Positions 51,921 to 61,033 of a stretch of 64,000 nucleotides of DNA are shown here, one piece after another. The notes below the pieces were generated by a model, which had not been told where the DNA came from, searched no databases, and saw only the letters and a program-made list of their open reading frames with translations. Source of the DNA: Myxococcota bacterium (GTDB lineage Bacteria > Myxococcota_A > UBA9160 > UBA6930); the NCBI GenBank assembly GCA_965223705.1, contig OZ245015.1, positions 4,224,001-4,288,000 of the forward strand, in the 5' to 3' direction. Each line of letters opens with the position of its first letter. Position 1 is the first letter of the stretch. Made by a program: the position numbers and the translations under genes.

Positions 51921-52559
51921 ATGAGCCCCCACAGCCAGCTATCCCCGGAGGCCGAGCGCCCCAAGCGTCTCGAGGAGCACAAGCTGTTCCTCTGGGACTT
52001 CATTCGCCGGCCTCTCGAAGTCGCGTCGGTGATTCCCAGCTCTCGGTTTCTCGAGCGCCGAATCGTCCGGGCGGCGGAAGCCGATGTCGCAAAAACGGTG
52101 GTGGAGCTGGGGCCTGGGACCGGTGGCACGAGCCGAGCATTTCTTCGGGCGATGGCGCCGGATACGCGGCTCCTCTGCATCGAGATCAACGACCGCTTCG
52201 CGAAGCACTTGGAGCGTGAACTCGACGATCCGCGCGTGATCGTCCACCGCGGCGACGCCCGAGATCTGCGAACGATCCTCGACAAGTACGAGCTGCCGGA
52301 ACCGGACGCCGTGGTCTCAGGCATTCCCTTCTCGACGATTCCCCAGGACATCGGACTGGGCATTCTGCGCTCCGTGCACGATGTGCTCGCACCGGGTGGT
52401 CGATTCGTGGCGTACCAGGTGCGGGATCGCGTCTATGTCCTGGGCAAGACGATCTTCGGCCCGGCGGAATCGGTGACCGAATATCGCAACGTGCCGCCGG
52501 CGCGAGTCTTTACCTGGCGGAAGCCCAAGCCCGGCGCCGCCGACGCTTCACAGATGTAG
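51921..52559 (+). CDS. Class I SAM methyltransferase, phospholipid N-methyltransferase (PmtA)-like
   Basis: VASVIPSS, VELGPGTG, GDA, VSGIPF, GGRFVAYQ, RNVPPARV. Confidence 0.85.
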   Translation: MSPHSQLSPEAERPKRLEEHKLFLWDFIRRPLEVASVIPSSRFLERRIVRAAEADVAKTVVELGPGTGGTSRAFLRAMAPDTRLLCIEINDRFAKHLERELDDPRVIVHRGDARDLRTILDKYELPEPDAVVSGIPFSTIPQDIGLGILRSVHDVLAPGGRFVAYQVRDRVYVLGKTIFGPAESVTEYRNVPPARVFTWRKPKPGAADASQM

Positions 52560-53285
52560 AGCGAGGTCGCGAAGGTCCGCGATTTCGAAATCGGGCGGGG
52601 CACCGCGGTAGGTCGCACGAGCGCGACCCGGATCGCCAACGCGCCGGGTCAGCCACCCCGCGCGGATCCCACGCCCTTTGGCGCCCGAAACATCGGCCGC
52701 CAAGTTGTCCCCGACATGGATCACCTCGGAAGCCGCGACACCGGCTCTCTCGAGCATCGCGTCGAAGATCTCCGGGCGAGGCTTGCGAAACCCGACCTCT
52801 TCGGAGACGACGACGTGATGGAACCACGGAGCGAGGCCCGCCTCCTCGAGCACCGCGTGGGCCGAGGCGGTGTCCGTAAAGTTCGAGCACACGAGCAGCG
52901 TGTAGCGAGTTGCCAGGTCCTCGAGAATTTCCGCGTGATGCTCGGGCACGGAGACCTGCCGGCGGAAGAGTTCCATGTGGCGATCTGCGAGTCGCGCGGC
53001 GAGCTCGGGATCGTCCCAACCGAGGCGCTCGAGCAGACGATCGAAACGATCGCGGGTCGAGACCTCGATTCCATCCCGGTGCTGGATCTTTCGATGGTCG
53101 CGATCGACGGCAGCGAGGGTTTCGGCGAAGGCCTCGAGAGAAACCTCGCGTCCGGGCGGGACCAGCTCGTAGAGGATCCCCGCGGTGGTCGGCCGTTCGT
53201 GTCCCGATATCCGTAGGCGTGGCAGCCCCTCGAAGGACAGATCCACCAGCGTGTCGAAGAGATCGAAGCACAGCGCGCGCGTCAC
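52548..53285 (-). CDS. HAD-family hydrolase
   Basis: FDLFDTL, CSN, RKPRPEIF, HVGDNLAADV. Confidence 0.88.
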   Translation of the reverse strand: MTRALCFDLFDTLVDLSFEGLPRLRISGHERPTTAGILYELVPPGREVSLEAFAETLAAVDRDHRKIQHRDGIEVSTRDRFDRLLERLGWDDPELAARLADRHMELFRRQVSVPEHHAEILEDLATRYTLLVCSNFTDTASAHAVLEEAGLAPWFHHVVVSEEVGFRKPRPEIFDAMLERAGVAASEVIHVGDNLAADVSGAKGRGIRAGWLTRRVGDPGRARATYRGAPPDFEIADLRDLALHL

Positions 53286-53379
53286 GCGCCGAAGATAGCG
53301 AGGCCGTGCCTTTGCGTGGCCCATCTTCTTTGCCACAGTCCCGGCTGCCCGCGAGCAGCGCGCACGCCTTGGGGGGACC

Positions 53380-54564
53380 ATTTCCAACCGAGCCGACGAA
53401 GCCTCGAGCGACGTCCACCGACTCGAAGTCGATGGGCGTGAGTTCGTGTTGGTGGGGACCGCGCACATCTCGCGAGAATCCGCGGACTTGGCGAAACAAG
53501 TCATCGCCGACGAGCGCCCGGACGTGGTTTGCCTGGAACTCGACGAGCAGCGCTACGCCGCGCTCACCGAGAGCAAGGGCTTCGAGTCCCTCGATCTGCG
53601 AGAAGTGCTTCGAAAGCGCCAGCTCGCGACCTTGCTCCTCAACCTGCTGCTCGCGACCTATCAGCGGCAGCTCGGTCTTCAGCTCGGGGTGATGCCCGGC
53701 ACCGAGTTCCTCGAAGCGGCGAAGGTCGCGGAGGAGCACGGGATCCCCGTCGCGCTGTGCGACCGCGACGTGCGCATCACCCTGCGGCGGGCGTGGCGCT
53801 CGCTGCGTTGGTGGAAAAAGCTCTGGCTCCTGTCGGGACTCCTCGCTTCGGTGTTCGAGAAAACGGAGCTCTCGGAAGACGACCTCCGCGAACTCCGCCA
53901 ACAGGATGTCCTCTCCCGTGTGATGGAAGAGCTGGGCGAAGCGTTTCCCAACTTGAAGCGTGTCCTGATCGACGAACGCGACGTCTACCTGGCGCAGCGC
54001 ATGCGCGAGAGCGAAGGCCGGCGGGTCGTCGCCGTCGTCGGTGCCGGACACGTCGCGGGCATGCTGCGGGCTCTGTCCGGAAGCCAACGCACCGACCTAG
54101 CGACCCTCGAGGTGATTCCCGAGGGCGGCCGTCTTCTGCGATGGATCGGCTGGGCCGTCCCGGCTCTCCTCCTCGCAGCCCTGGGAACCATCGCGTGGCA
54201 AAAAGGCGCTGCGGCCGTTCAAGAAAACCTCGTCTTCTGGATTCTCGCGAACGGTATTCCCAGCGGGCTGGGCGCCGCCATCGCACTCGGGCACCCGCTG
54301 ACGGTCTTGGCCGCGTTCGCGGCCGCACCGGTCACCAGCCTCACACCGGTCATCGGCGCGGGTTACGTCACGGCCTTCGTGCAGAGTTTTCTGCGCCCGC
54401 CGCTCGTTTCGGAGCTGCGGCGCGTTTCGGAAGACGCCGCGCAACTGCGCGGGTGGTTCGGAAATCGCCTGCTGCGGATCTTCCTCGTCTTCGTGCTGTC
54501 GACGCTCGGCAGCGTCATCGGCACCTGGGTCGGCGGCGCCGAGATCGTCTCGAACCTGTTCTGA
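53380..54564 (+). CDS. TraB/GumN (PrgY pheromone-shutdown-like) family protein
   Basis: LVGTAHIS, VCLELD, PGTEF, DRDV, LIDERD, VVGAGH, C-terminal TM helices; start inferred at ATT 53380 (first canonical start is 53446). Confidence 0.88.
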   Translation: MSNRADEASSDVHRLEVDGREFVLVGTAHISRESADLAKQVIADERPDVVCLELDEQRYAALTESKGFESLDLREVLRKRQLATLLLNLLLATYQRQLGLQLGVMPGTEFLEAAKVAEEHGIPVALCDRDVRITLRRAWRSLRWWKKLWLLSGLLASVFEKTELSEDDLRELRQQDVLSRVMEELGEAFPNLKRVLIDERDVYLAQRMRESEGRRVVAVVGAGHVAGMLRALSGSQRTDLATLEVIPEGGRLLRWIGWAVPALLLAALGTIAWQKGAAAVQENLVFWILANGIPSGLGAAIALGHPLTVLAAFAAAPVTSLTPVIGAGYVTAFVQSFLRPPLVSELRRVSEDAAQLRGWFGNRLLRIFLVFVLSTLGSVIGTWVGGAEIVSNLF

Positions 54565-54569
54565 GTGGT

Positions 54570-54595
54570 TGAACCCGACACGGGGCTGTTGCGTA
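54570..54595 (+). promoter_or_regulatory. Candidate ECF-sigma promoter upstream of pspC
   Basis: TGAACC-N16-CGTA. Confidence 0.55.
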
Positions 54596-54626
54596 ATACG
54601 GGTATGAACCACTCAAAAGGTTTCCG

Positions 54627-54839
54627 ATGGCGATCGCGCGACCGGGTCTAAAGCGTTCGCGCGAGAACCGCATCCTCGCGGGCGTGTGCGGCGGGATCGC
54701 CGACTGGCTGGGCTGGAGCCCGACCTGGGTCCGGCTCGGTTTCGTCGCGGTGTCCGTCCTCTCCGCCGCCTTCCCCGGGATCATCGTGTACCTGATTCTC
54801 TGGTTCCTGATGCCGAACCGCGACGAGGCGCCGGCCTAG
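54627..54839 (+). CDS. pspC: PspC-domain protein
   Basis: [18 protein letters not shown]...VRL...YLILWFLMP. Confidence 0.92.
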   Translation: MAIARPGLKRSRENRILAGVCGGIADWLGWSPTWVRLGFVAVSVLSAAFPGIIVYLILWFLMPNRDEAPA

Positions 54840-55756
54840 TCCCGCGCCTCTGCCCATACCAGGCGCGGAGGCTCCCAGCGAACCACGCGATCCCGCGATG
54901 ACACCGCGTCCCAGCGAAACTCGGCGGGCGTAGTGTCCGGGGCGAGCCCCGCGATCTCGAGCAGCTGACGGCGAATGGCGCCGCCGTCCGCGACTCGTCG
55001 AAGGGCCTCCCACGAAACCGATCCGTGAAACTTCGCGAGCTTCTCTCCGGCTCGCTCGAGCAGCAGGCAGTGATGTCGGTACGAAGGCGCAGGCTCAGCC
55101 AGCAAACTTCGAATCGCGTTCTGTACGGACGTGCTCGCCGCGAGATCGCGCCCGCGCACGATCCGCGTCACGCCGCGGGCGGCGTCGTCGACGACGCCCG
55201 CCAGGTGGTAGGCCACCGCTCCGTCCCGGCGCCGAACCAGTGGGTCGCCCGCGGCGTGTCGCGGCCAGACTCGGCCGTCCTCGTCGCGGGCATCCTCGAA
55301 CTCGGTCACTAGGAGCCGGAGGGGTTCGCGCGTATCGCGCCAGGTGCTCGCCGTGACGACGCGCTCCCGACACGTGCCGGGGTAGCGCGGCGTCCCGTCG
55401 GCGGTGGTGCCACCGGCTGTGCGTATGTCGGTGCGGGAACACCGACAGGCGTAGAGCCGTCCCGCCCGGGCGAGTCGATCGAGTGCGCGATCGTGCCGCC
55501 CTCGGAACTCGCTCTGGAGCTCCTCGGCGTCCCAGTCGATCGCAAGCCACTCGAGCGCCCGGCGGAGATCGTCGGCAAATGCCGGTCGACAGCGGACGGG
55601 ATCGAGATCTTCCAACCGCAACACGAGGCGTCCGCCGAGCGCGCGAATGTCGAGCCAGCACAAGAGGGCCGCGAAGAGCGTCCCGGGGTGCGCGGGACCC
55701 GTTGTCGACGGCGCGAACCGCCCCACCGCCACCTCTGCCGCCGATAAACCGCCCAT
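54836..55756 (-). CDS. gluQ: Glutamyl-Q tRNA(Asp) synthetase
   Basis: GRFAPS..G..HPG, RLEDLD, YACRCSR...YPGTC, RRDG..AYHLA.VVDD, VRGRDL, KLAK; no anticodon-binding domain. Confidence 0.85.
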   Translation of the reverse strand: MGGLSAAEVAVGRFAPSTTGPAHPGTLFAALLCWLDIRALGGRLVLRLEDLDPVRCRPAFADDLRRALEWLAIDWDAEELQSEFRGRHDRALDRLARAGRLYACRCSRTDIRTAGGTTADGTPRYPGTCRERVVTASTWRDTREPLRLLVTEFEDARDEDGRVWPRHAAGDPLVRRRDGAVAYHLAGVVDDAARGVTRIVRGRDLAASTSVQNAIRSLLAEPAPSYRHHCLLLERAGEKLAKFHGSVSWEALRRVADGGAIRRQLLEIAGLAPDTTPAEFRWDAVSSRDRVVRWEPPRLVWAEARD

Positions 55757-55824
55757 GACGTCGAAGCTAGCGGAGTGTCCTCGCCCTTTTTCGCAGTTCG
55801 ACCGCGTCACGACTATGCTCGCAG

Positions 55825-56739
55825 GTGGTGGGAGGCAGCGGGTTGGGTTCGTCTGGAGATATTTGCGTCCGAACCGTTTCGGAGAACGGGTCGGTCGCGG
55901 TGCGCGCAATCGTCGCGACGTCGCTGGTCGCCGAGGCGGCCAGACGCCACCAGACGAGCCCTTTGGCCACACTCGCCCTCGGGCGCGCCTTGATGGGCGC
56001 GCTCCTCCTCGCGGCTGGCACGAAAGACCGCGAAAGCGTTCAGCTCTCCTTCGAAGGCGTGGGGCCTTTGCGGCGCATTACCGCTATCGGCACGAGCGCG
56101 GGAGACGCTCGGGGGTTCGTCTCACACCCGTCGATCGGCAGCGACGATCCCACCCTCGGCCTCGATCTCGCGAAAGCCGTCTCCGGGGGCACGCTTTCGG
56201 TCGTCCGATCTCGTGAGAATTGGAAAGAGCCCTACACCGGCATCGTCGTCCTCGAGTCCGGCGAGATCGCCGAGGACATCGCCCGCTATCTGGCGGACAG
56301 CGAGCAGGTCCCGTCGGTGATCGGCCTCGGCGTCTATCTAGGGCGCGACGCTTCGGTGGAAGCCGCCGCAGGTTTTCTCGCGCAAGCCCTTCCGGGCGCT
56401 GAAGACGACGACATCGCCGTGCTGGAGGAAAACGCGAGCGCGCTGCCCAACCCATCTGCCCGGGTCCGCGACGGAAGCTCTGCGGCAGACCTATGCGGCT
56501 ATCTCCTCGACGGGCTCGGCCATCGCGAGTTCCGCCCGGGTGAGATCCGGTTTCGCTGTGATTGCAGTCTCGATCGCGCGCGGCGTTCCGCGGCGCTGCT
56601 CGGGGCGGATGAGGTCGAGGAGCTGCGCGCGCGAGCCGAGCCCGTCGAAATTCGCTGCGCGTTCTGCGCGGATGTCTACCACGTGAGTGCCGAGGAAATT
56701 TCGGTCGCCGCCGGTCGCAGAGGAGAACCGAACCGATGA
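55825..56739 (+). CDS. hslO: Redox-regulated chaperone Hsp33
   Basis: ALGRAL, YTG, GEIAED...SEQVPS, CDC...CAFC. Confidence 0.92.
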   Translation: MVGGSGLGSSGDICVRTVSENGSVAVRAIVATSLVAEAARRHQTSPLATLALGRALMGALLLAAGTKDRESVQLSFEGVGPLRRITAIGTSAGDARGFVSHPSIGSDDPTLGLDLAKAVSGGTLSVVRSRENWKEPYTGIVVLESGEIAEDIARYLADSEQVPSVIGLGVYLGRDASVEAAAGFLAQALPGAEDDDIAVLEENASALPNPSARVRDGSSAADLCGYLLDGLGHREFRPGEIRFRCDCSLDRARRSAALLGADEVEELRARAEPVEIRCAFCADVYHVSAEEISVAAGRRGEPNR

Positions 56740-58028
56740 CGCAAACCGCCTGGCTCGCCTTCGGTGGCCTGCTTCTTCTCGCCCTAAACGCGGCGGCGCT
56801 GTTCTTGTTGTGGCGGCGCGGCGCGCAGGACGCCGATCGCGAGGGCAGAACCGAGCGCGCCCTGCGAGAAGAGCTGCGAATCGCCCGCGAGGAAGCGAAC
56901 TTCACGGCGCGCGCCCTTCGAGAAGAAGTCGCGAAAGGGCAGCAAGCGACCACGGACACCCTCGTCACCAGCGTCGGAGAGCTCGGGCGCGGGCAGCAAA
57001 AACAACTGGAAACGGTGCAACAACAAGTGGGACTTCTCACCGAGTCGAACGAAGTCCGCCTCGAGCGCTTGCGCAAGGGCATGGAGACGCAGCTCGAAAA
57101 CCTGCGGCAAGAGAACGAGAAGAAGCTCGAAGCCATGCGCCAAACCGTCGACGAAAAACTCCAAGGCACCTTGGAAAAGCGCCTCGGCGAATCGTTCCGG
57201 TTGGTGAGTGCGCGGCTCGAAGCGGTGCAACAGGGCCTCGGCGAGATGCGCCACTTGGCAACGGGCGTCGGCGACCTGAAACGCGTCCTGACGAACGTCA
57301 AGGCGCGTGGAACCTGGGGCGAAGTTCAACTCGGCGGGCTGCTCGAACAGGTGCTCACTCCCGAGCAGTACGCGCAGAACGTGGCGACTCGTCCGAATTC
57401 ATCCGAGCGCGTCGAGTTCGCCGTGCGACTGCCCGGTCCGTCGGACGACCCTTCCGAGACCGTCTGGTTGCCGATCGACGCAAAATTCCCCCAAGAAGAT
57501 TATTTGCGGCTCGCCGAAGCTTCCGAGCAAGGTGACTCGGAAGCCGTCACGCGCGCGACCCGCGCCCTGATCGCCAGCGTCAAGAACTCGGCCCGCACCA
57601 TTCAAACGAAGTACCTATCACCCCCGCAAACGACGGATTTCGCGGTGTTGTTTCTTCCGACGGAAGGCTTGTTCGCTGAAGTTCTTCGTCAGCCCGGCCT
57701 CGTCGAGGAGCTGCAAACGCGGGAGCGCGTCGTCGTCGCGGGACCGACGACGCTCACCGCGATGCTGTCGAGCTTGCGCATGGGTTTCCGAACCCTCGCA
57801 ATCGAGCAGCGCTCGAGCGAAGTGTGGACCGTACTTTCGGCGGTAAAAACCGAGTTCAGCAAGTTCGGCGAGGTTCTCGACAAGGTGAAACGACAACTCA
57901 ACACCGCGAGCAACACCATCGACGAAACCGGAAAACGCACCCGCGCCATGGAGCGCAAACTCCGCGCCGTCGAGTCGCTGCCGGAGCCCGAGACTCAGCT
58001 CCTTTTGAATCCGTCCGACCCCACGTAG
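56736..58028 (+). CDS. rmuC: DNA recombination protein RmuC
   Basis: N-terminal TM and coiled coil; RGTWGE, IDAKFP, TTDFAVLFLPTEGL, GPTTL. Confidence 0.95.
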   Translation: MTQTAWLAFGGLLLLALNAAALFLLWRRGAQDADREGRTERALREELRIAREEANFTARALREEVAKGQQATTDTLVTSVGELGRGQQKQLETVQQQVGLLTESNEVRLERLRKGMETQLENLRQENEKKLEAMRQTVDEKLQGTLEKRLGESFRLVSARLEAVQQGLGEMRHLATGVGDLKRVLTNVKARGTWGEVQLGGLLEQVLTPEQYAQNVATRPNSSERVEFAVRLPGPSDDPSETVWLPIDAKFPQEDYLRLAEASEQGDSEAVTRATRALIASVKNSARTIQTKYLSPPQTTDFAVLFLPTEGLFAEVLRQPGLVEELQTRERVVVAGPTTLTAMLSSLRMGFRTLAIEQRSSEVWTVLSAVKTEFSKFGEVLDKVKRQLNTASNTIDETGKRTRAMERKLRAVESLPEPETQLLLNPSDPT

Positions 58029-58038
58029 GACAGCTCGA

Positions 58039-58177
58039 ACGGCAGACCGAGGCAGGGCCGGGGCGAGTGGGGGCACCGTGCTCAAACATCCTCGCGCCGA
58101 CGGGGTCACGAGTTCGTTTCGAACGGGTCGGCGGCGCTGCGGAACTGCGCGCGGCGCCCCCACTTGCCCCGGCCTCG
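58039..58177. repeat. Structured intergenic repeat, copy 2
   Basis: Same-orientation copy of 29320-29456 with compensatory stem changes; lies between convergent genes. Confidence 0.9.
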
Positions 58178-58194
58178 CGACATCTAGCTCATCG

Positions 58195-60192
58195 CTAGGT
58201 CGAACTCGCGGCGGCGGGGAAACGCAGTCGCACCTCGAAGCCTCCCTCCGCGACGTTTCGTCCCGACAGGGTGGCTCCCATCTGCTCGGCGAGACGCTTG
58301 GCTAGGGCGAGGCCGATGCCCGTTCCTTTGGACGTTCGTGTGAGTTCGGATTCGCCGCGGTAGAAGGCGTCGAAGATTCTCGGAAGGTGTTCTCCCGATA
58401 CGCCGGGGCCGTGGTCGCGCACGGCGACCACGACGGCGTCACCGTCCGGTCCGCACGTGACGTGAACGATGCGCTGGGTCGCTTCCCGCGCGTACTTGAT
58501 CGCGTTGTCGACGAGGTTGAAGAGGATTTGGAGCAGCGCGTCGCGTTCGAAACGAACGTCCGGAACCCCCGAGGCGACGCGAACGTCGAGCTCGAAATTC
58601 TGCCCCTTGGCGTGGGGAGCGAGCCAACGCATGACTTCGCTGACGACGCGCCCTGGGTCGCCGACCTCGGGCTCGAGCACCCGCTCGTTCTGCTCGAGCT
58701 TCGAGTACTCGAGCACGTTGTTGATCAGTCGTGACAAGCGCTCCGCCTCGGCGGTGATCGAGCGGTAATACTCCCGACGTTTCGCCTCGTCGGGAACCAT
58801 GTCGTCGCGCAACATCTCCGCGTACATCCGGATCGCGGTGAGCGGCGTCTTGAGCTCGTGACTGACGGCGGCCGCAAAGTTGCTCCGCCGCTCGGCGAAT
58901 GCGAGGCGCACGGAAACCATGCGATAGAGAGCGATCAGCCCGAGGGCCGCGGTGATCAAAACCGCTGCGGACAATGCGAAAAGTGGCTTCTCCGTCCGCA
59001 AACCCGAGAGCGGTGCCAACGAAAGCTCGAGCTCCCAGGCGTCGAAAGGCTCTGCGAAGCGATGTACCGCGCGCCGGGGTTCGTCCGGAACGGGGCGCGC
59101 TTCGCCAGTGCGGCGAAACGAGAAGTCGGCTTCACCAAGTCTCGCGGCGGCCAGGGCGTCTTCGCGCAACCAACGGTGCAAGGCGTCGGGATCGACCAGC
59201 ATGCCCTGCCGGAGCTCTTCCAAGGTGTTCTCGAAGCGGATCCGGACCGAGCGCATGAGCAGGAGCGAGTGGTCGGCCAGGTGGTAACCGCTGAGCGGAT
59301 CGATCTCGACTACCGCGAGAGGCGTTTCGGGAATCGCACCGCCCGAGGGTTTCGCAGGAGCGGTACGCGCTGGGGACGCAGCGTTCGGGCGAGCTTCCGT
59401 TTCCTCGACCGAGTCGACGACCGCTGCCTCGAGCGCATCGGCGGAGAATCCGCCGCCTGAGAAACCGTCGTTCCAGCCACTGCGCCCCGCGACCTCGATT
59501 TCGGGCGGAGGGGGCGCGCTCTGCTGCTCCGCACTCGGCGCCGCAGAGCGCGCGATCCGCTGGGCCACGCGCTTTGTCTTCCGCTGGCGCCGGCTCTCCG
59601 ACGCCTGGTTCAACGACTTGAGCGTGCTGTAGACGTCGAGTCCGGGCTCTCCTGCGGGAGAAGGCGCTCGCTCTTCTTTGGCCTCAGCGGGAGACGCCGC
59701 CTTCGCATCGACGAGATCCTCGCGCGCCCGATCGTCGCCGGAGGCGTTCCACGTCGCGAAGTACGCGCCGACTCGACGCTGCAGGGACTCGAGCGTTTCG
59801 TCACGAGAAGGATTTCGGGAGAAATCCCCGAGCCGTTCCGCGCGAGCGATATCGCGCGGACGTTCCGGGGTGTGGAAAGAGCCATCGGAATCGATCTGGA
59901 AATAACCGATGACGAACGGGCGACTCGGCCCCGCCGCAAGCGGCGACAAACTGCGCCCTCGGTCCGGTCGGGACTCGACGTAGAACCGATAGTGCTCGGT
60001 CGGCCGCGCATCTTCCTCCGCGAGCCACACGGAGAGTGCTCTCTCCATCTCGTCGAATACCCGGTCTGCGACGGCCTGATAGCGCAGCGCGTGTTCGGCT
60101 CGGAGGCTTTCGCGCGAACGATGGACGAGAAAGAGCGTGGGCACCGCAACGAGCAGTGCCAGCGCGACGAAGAGCAAGCGCAACTTGATCAC
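58195..60192 (-). CDS. Two-TM sensor histidine kinase with a long extracytoplasmic region
   Basis: SHELKTPL, NLVDNAIKY, DHGPG, FYRG, GTGIGL; GTG start overlaps the regulator stop. Confidence 0.92.
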   Translation of the reverse strand: MIKLRLLFVALALLVAVPTLFLVHRSRESLRAEHALRYQAVADRVFDEMERALSVWLAEEDARPTEHYRFYVESRPDRGRSLSPLAAGPSRPFVIGYFQIDSDGSFHTPERPRDIARAERLGDFSRNPSRDETLESLQRRVGAYFATWNASGDDRAREDLVDAKAASPAEAKEERAPSPAGEPGLDVYSTLKSLNQASESRRQRKTKRVAQRIARSAAPSAEQQSAPPPPEIEVAGRSGWNDGFSGGGFSADALEAAVVDSVEETEARPNAASPARTAPAKPSGGAIPETPLAVVEIDPLSGYHLADHSLLLMRSVRIRFENTLEELRQGMLVDPDALHRWLREDALAAARLGEADFSFRRTGEARPVPDEPRRAVHRFAEPFDAWELELSLAPLSGLRTEKPLFALSAAVLITAALGLIALYRMVSVRLAFAERRSNFAAAVSHELKTPLTAIRMYAEMLRDDMVPDEAKRREYYRSITAEAERLSRLINNVLEYSKLEQNERVLEPEVGDPGRVVSEVMRWLAPHAKGQNFELDVRVASGVPDVRFERDALLQILFNLVDNAIKYAREATQRIVHVTCGPDGDAVVVAVRDHGPGVSGEHLPRIFDAFYRGESELTRTSKGTGIGLALAKRLAEQMGATLSGRNVAEGGFEVRLRFPAAASST

Positions 60193-60881
60193 AGCGTCCC
60201 CAGCCGGTAGCCCTCGCCTCGGACGGTCTCGATCAAGCGGGGGCCGTCGGGTGCGAGTTTCTTGCGCAGCTTCGCGATATGCATGTCGACCGTTCGGGTC
60301 TCCACGCGATCGGGAGAAGCGAAACCCCACAGCTCGCGGAGGAGTGCCCGGCGGCTCACGATTCTTCCTTCTTCTCGAAGTAGCATCGCGAGCAGCTCGA
60401 ACTCGCGCCGAGAGAGTTCGACTTCCCTTTCCTCCCGGCTCGCCCGGAGGGTATCGCCGTCGATTTCCCAAGGCCCGAGCGAAAGCCGAGTCCGCGGGAT
60501 CGCGGCACTGCGGCGCAGGAGCGCCTCGACGCGCGCGAGTAGCTCTGCGACGGAAAACGGTTTCGTCACGTAGTCGTCACAGCCCGCCCGAAAACCGCGC
60601 AGGATGTCCTCTTCTCGTCCGCGCGCCGTGAGGAGCAAGATCGGCAGCTCGGGCCATCGCTCCCGGAGCTGTTCACAAACGTCGAATCCAGAAAGGCCCG
60701 GCAACATGACGTCGAGCAAGACCAGCGCGGGAAGCTCGGCCTCGACCTGCGGAACTGCTTCGTCCCCTCGGCCGACCGCGACGGGCGCGTAGCCTCGATA
60801 CGCCAACACGTCGCAAAGCCCCGACGCGATCGCGGCTTCGTCCTCGACGATCAAAACCCGTGTGGTCTCAGAGTCGGGCAT
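60189..60881 (-). CDS. OmpR/PhoB-family response regulator
   Basis: IVEDE, LLDVMLP, LTA, KPF, winged helix RTVDMHI...TVRGEGY. Confidence 0.95.
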   Translation of the reverse strand: MPDSETTRVLIVEDEAAIASGLCDVLAYRGYAPVAVGRGDEAVPQVEAELPALVLLDVMLPGLSGFDVCEQLRERWPELPILLLTARGREEDILRGFRAGCDDYVTKPFSVAELLARVEALLRRSAAIPRTRLSLGPWEIDGDTLRASREEREVELSRREFELLAMLLREEGRIVSRRALLRELWGFASPDRVETRTVDMHIAKLRKKLAPDGPRLIETVRGEGYRLGTL

Positions 60882-60913
60882 GCAACGAGTGTAGTTCCCG
60901 CGCGAGACGCTTC

Positions 60914-60952
60914 CGTAAACCCCGCGTAAAACCCCGGCGCTCGCGTTTTACG
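60914..60952. promoter_or_regulatory. Direct repeats typical of OmpR/CpxR-family binding boxes
   Basis: CGTAAA at 60914 and 60925 (11-bp period), plus inverted TTTACG at 60947. Confidence 0.6.
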
Positions 60953-61033
60953 AACCTTTGGCGGTCAACTCCTGCGTCTGCGGGTACCCAGTTACGAGCG
61001 CACACAGCGCCGAACGAAACACGAGGAGACACC

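Noticed and set aside
60952..60980. ECF promoter GAACCT...CGTCT before the VWA gene
   Set aside because: The spacing is about 2 nt longer than the usual consensus.
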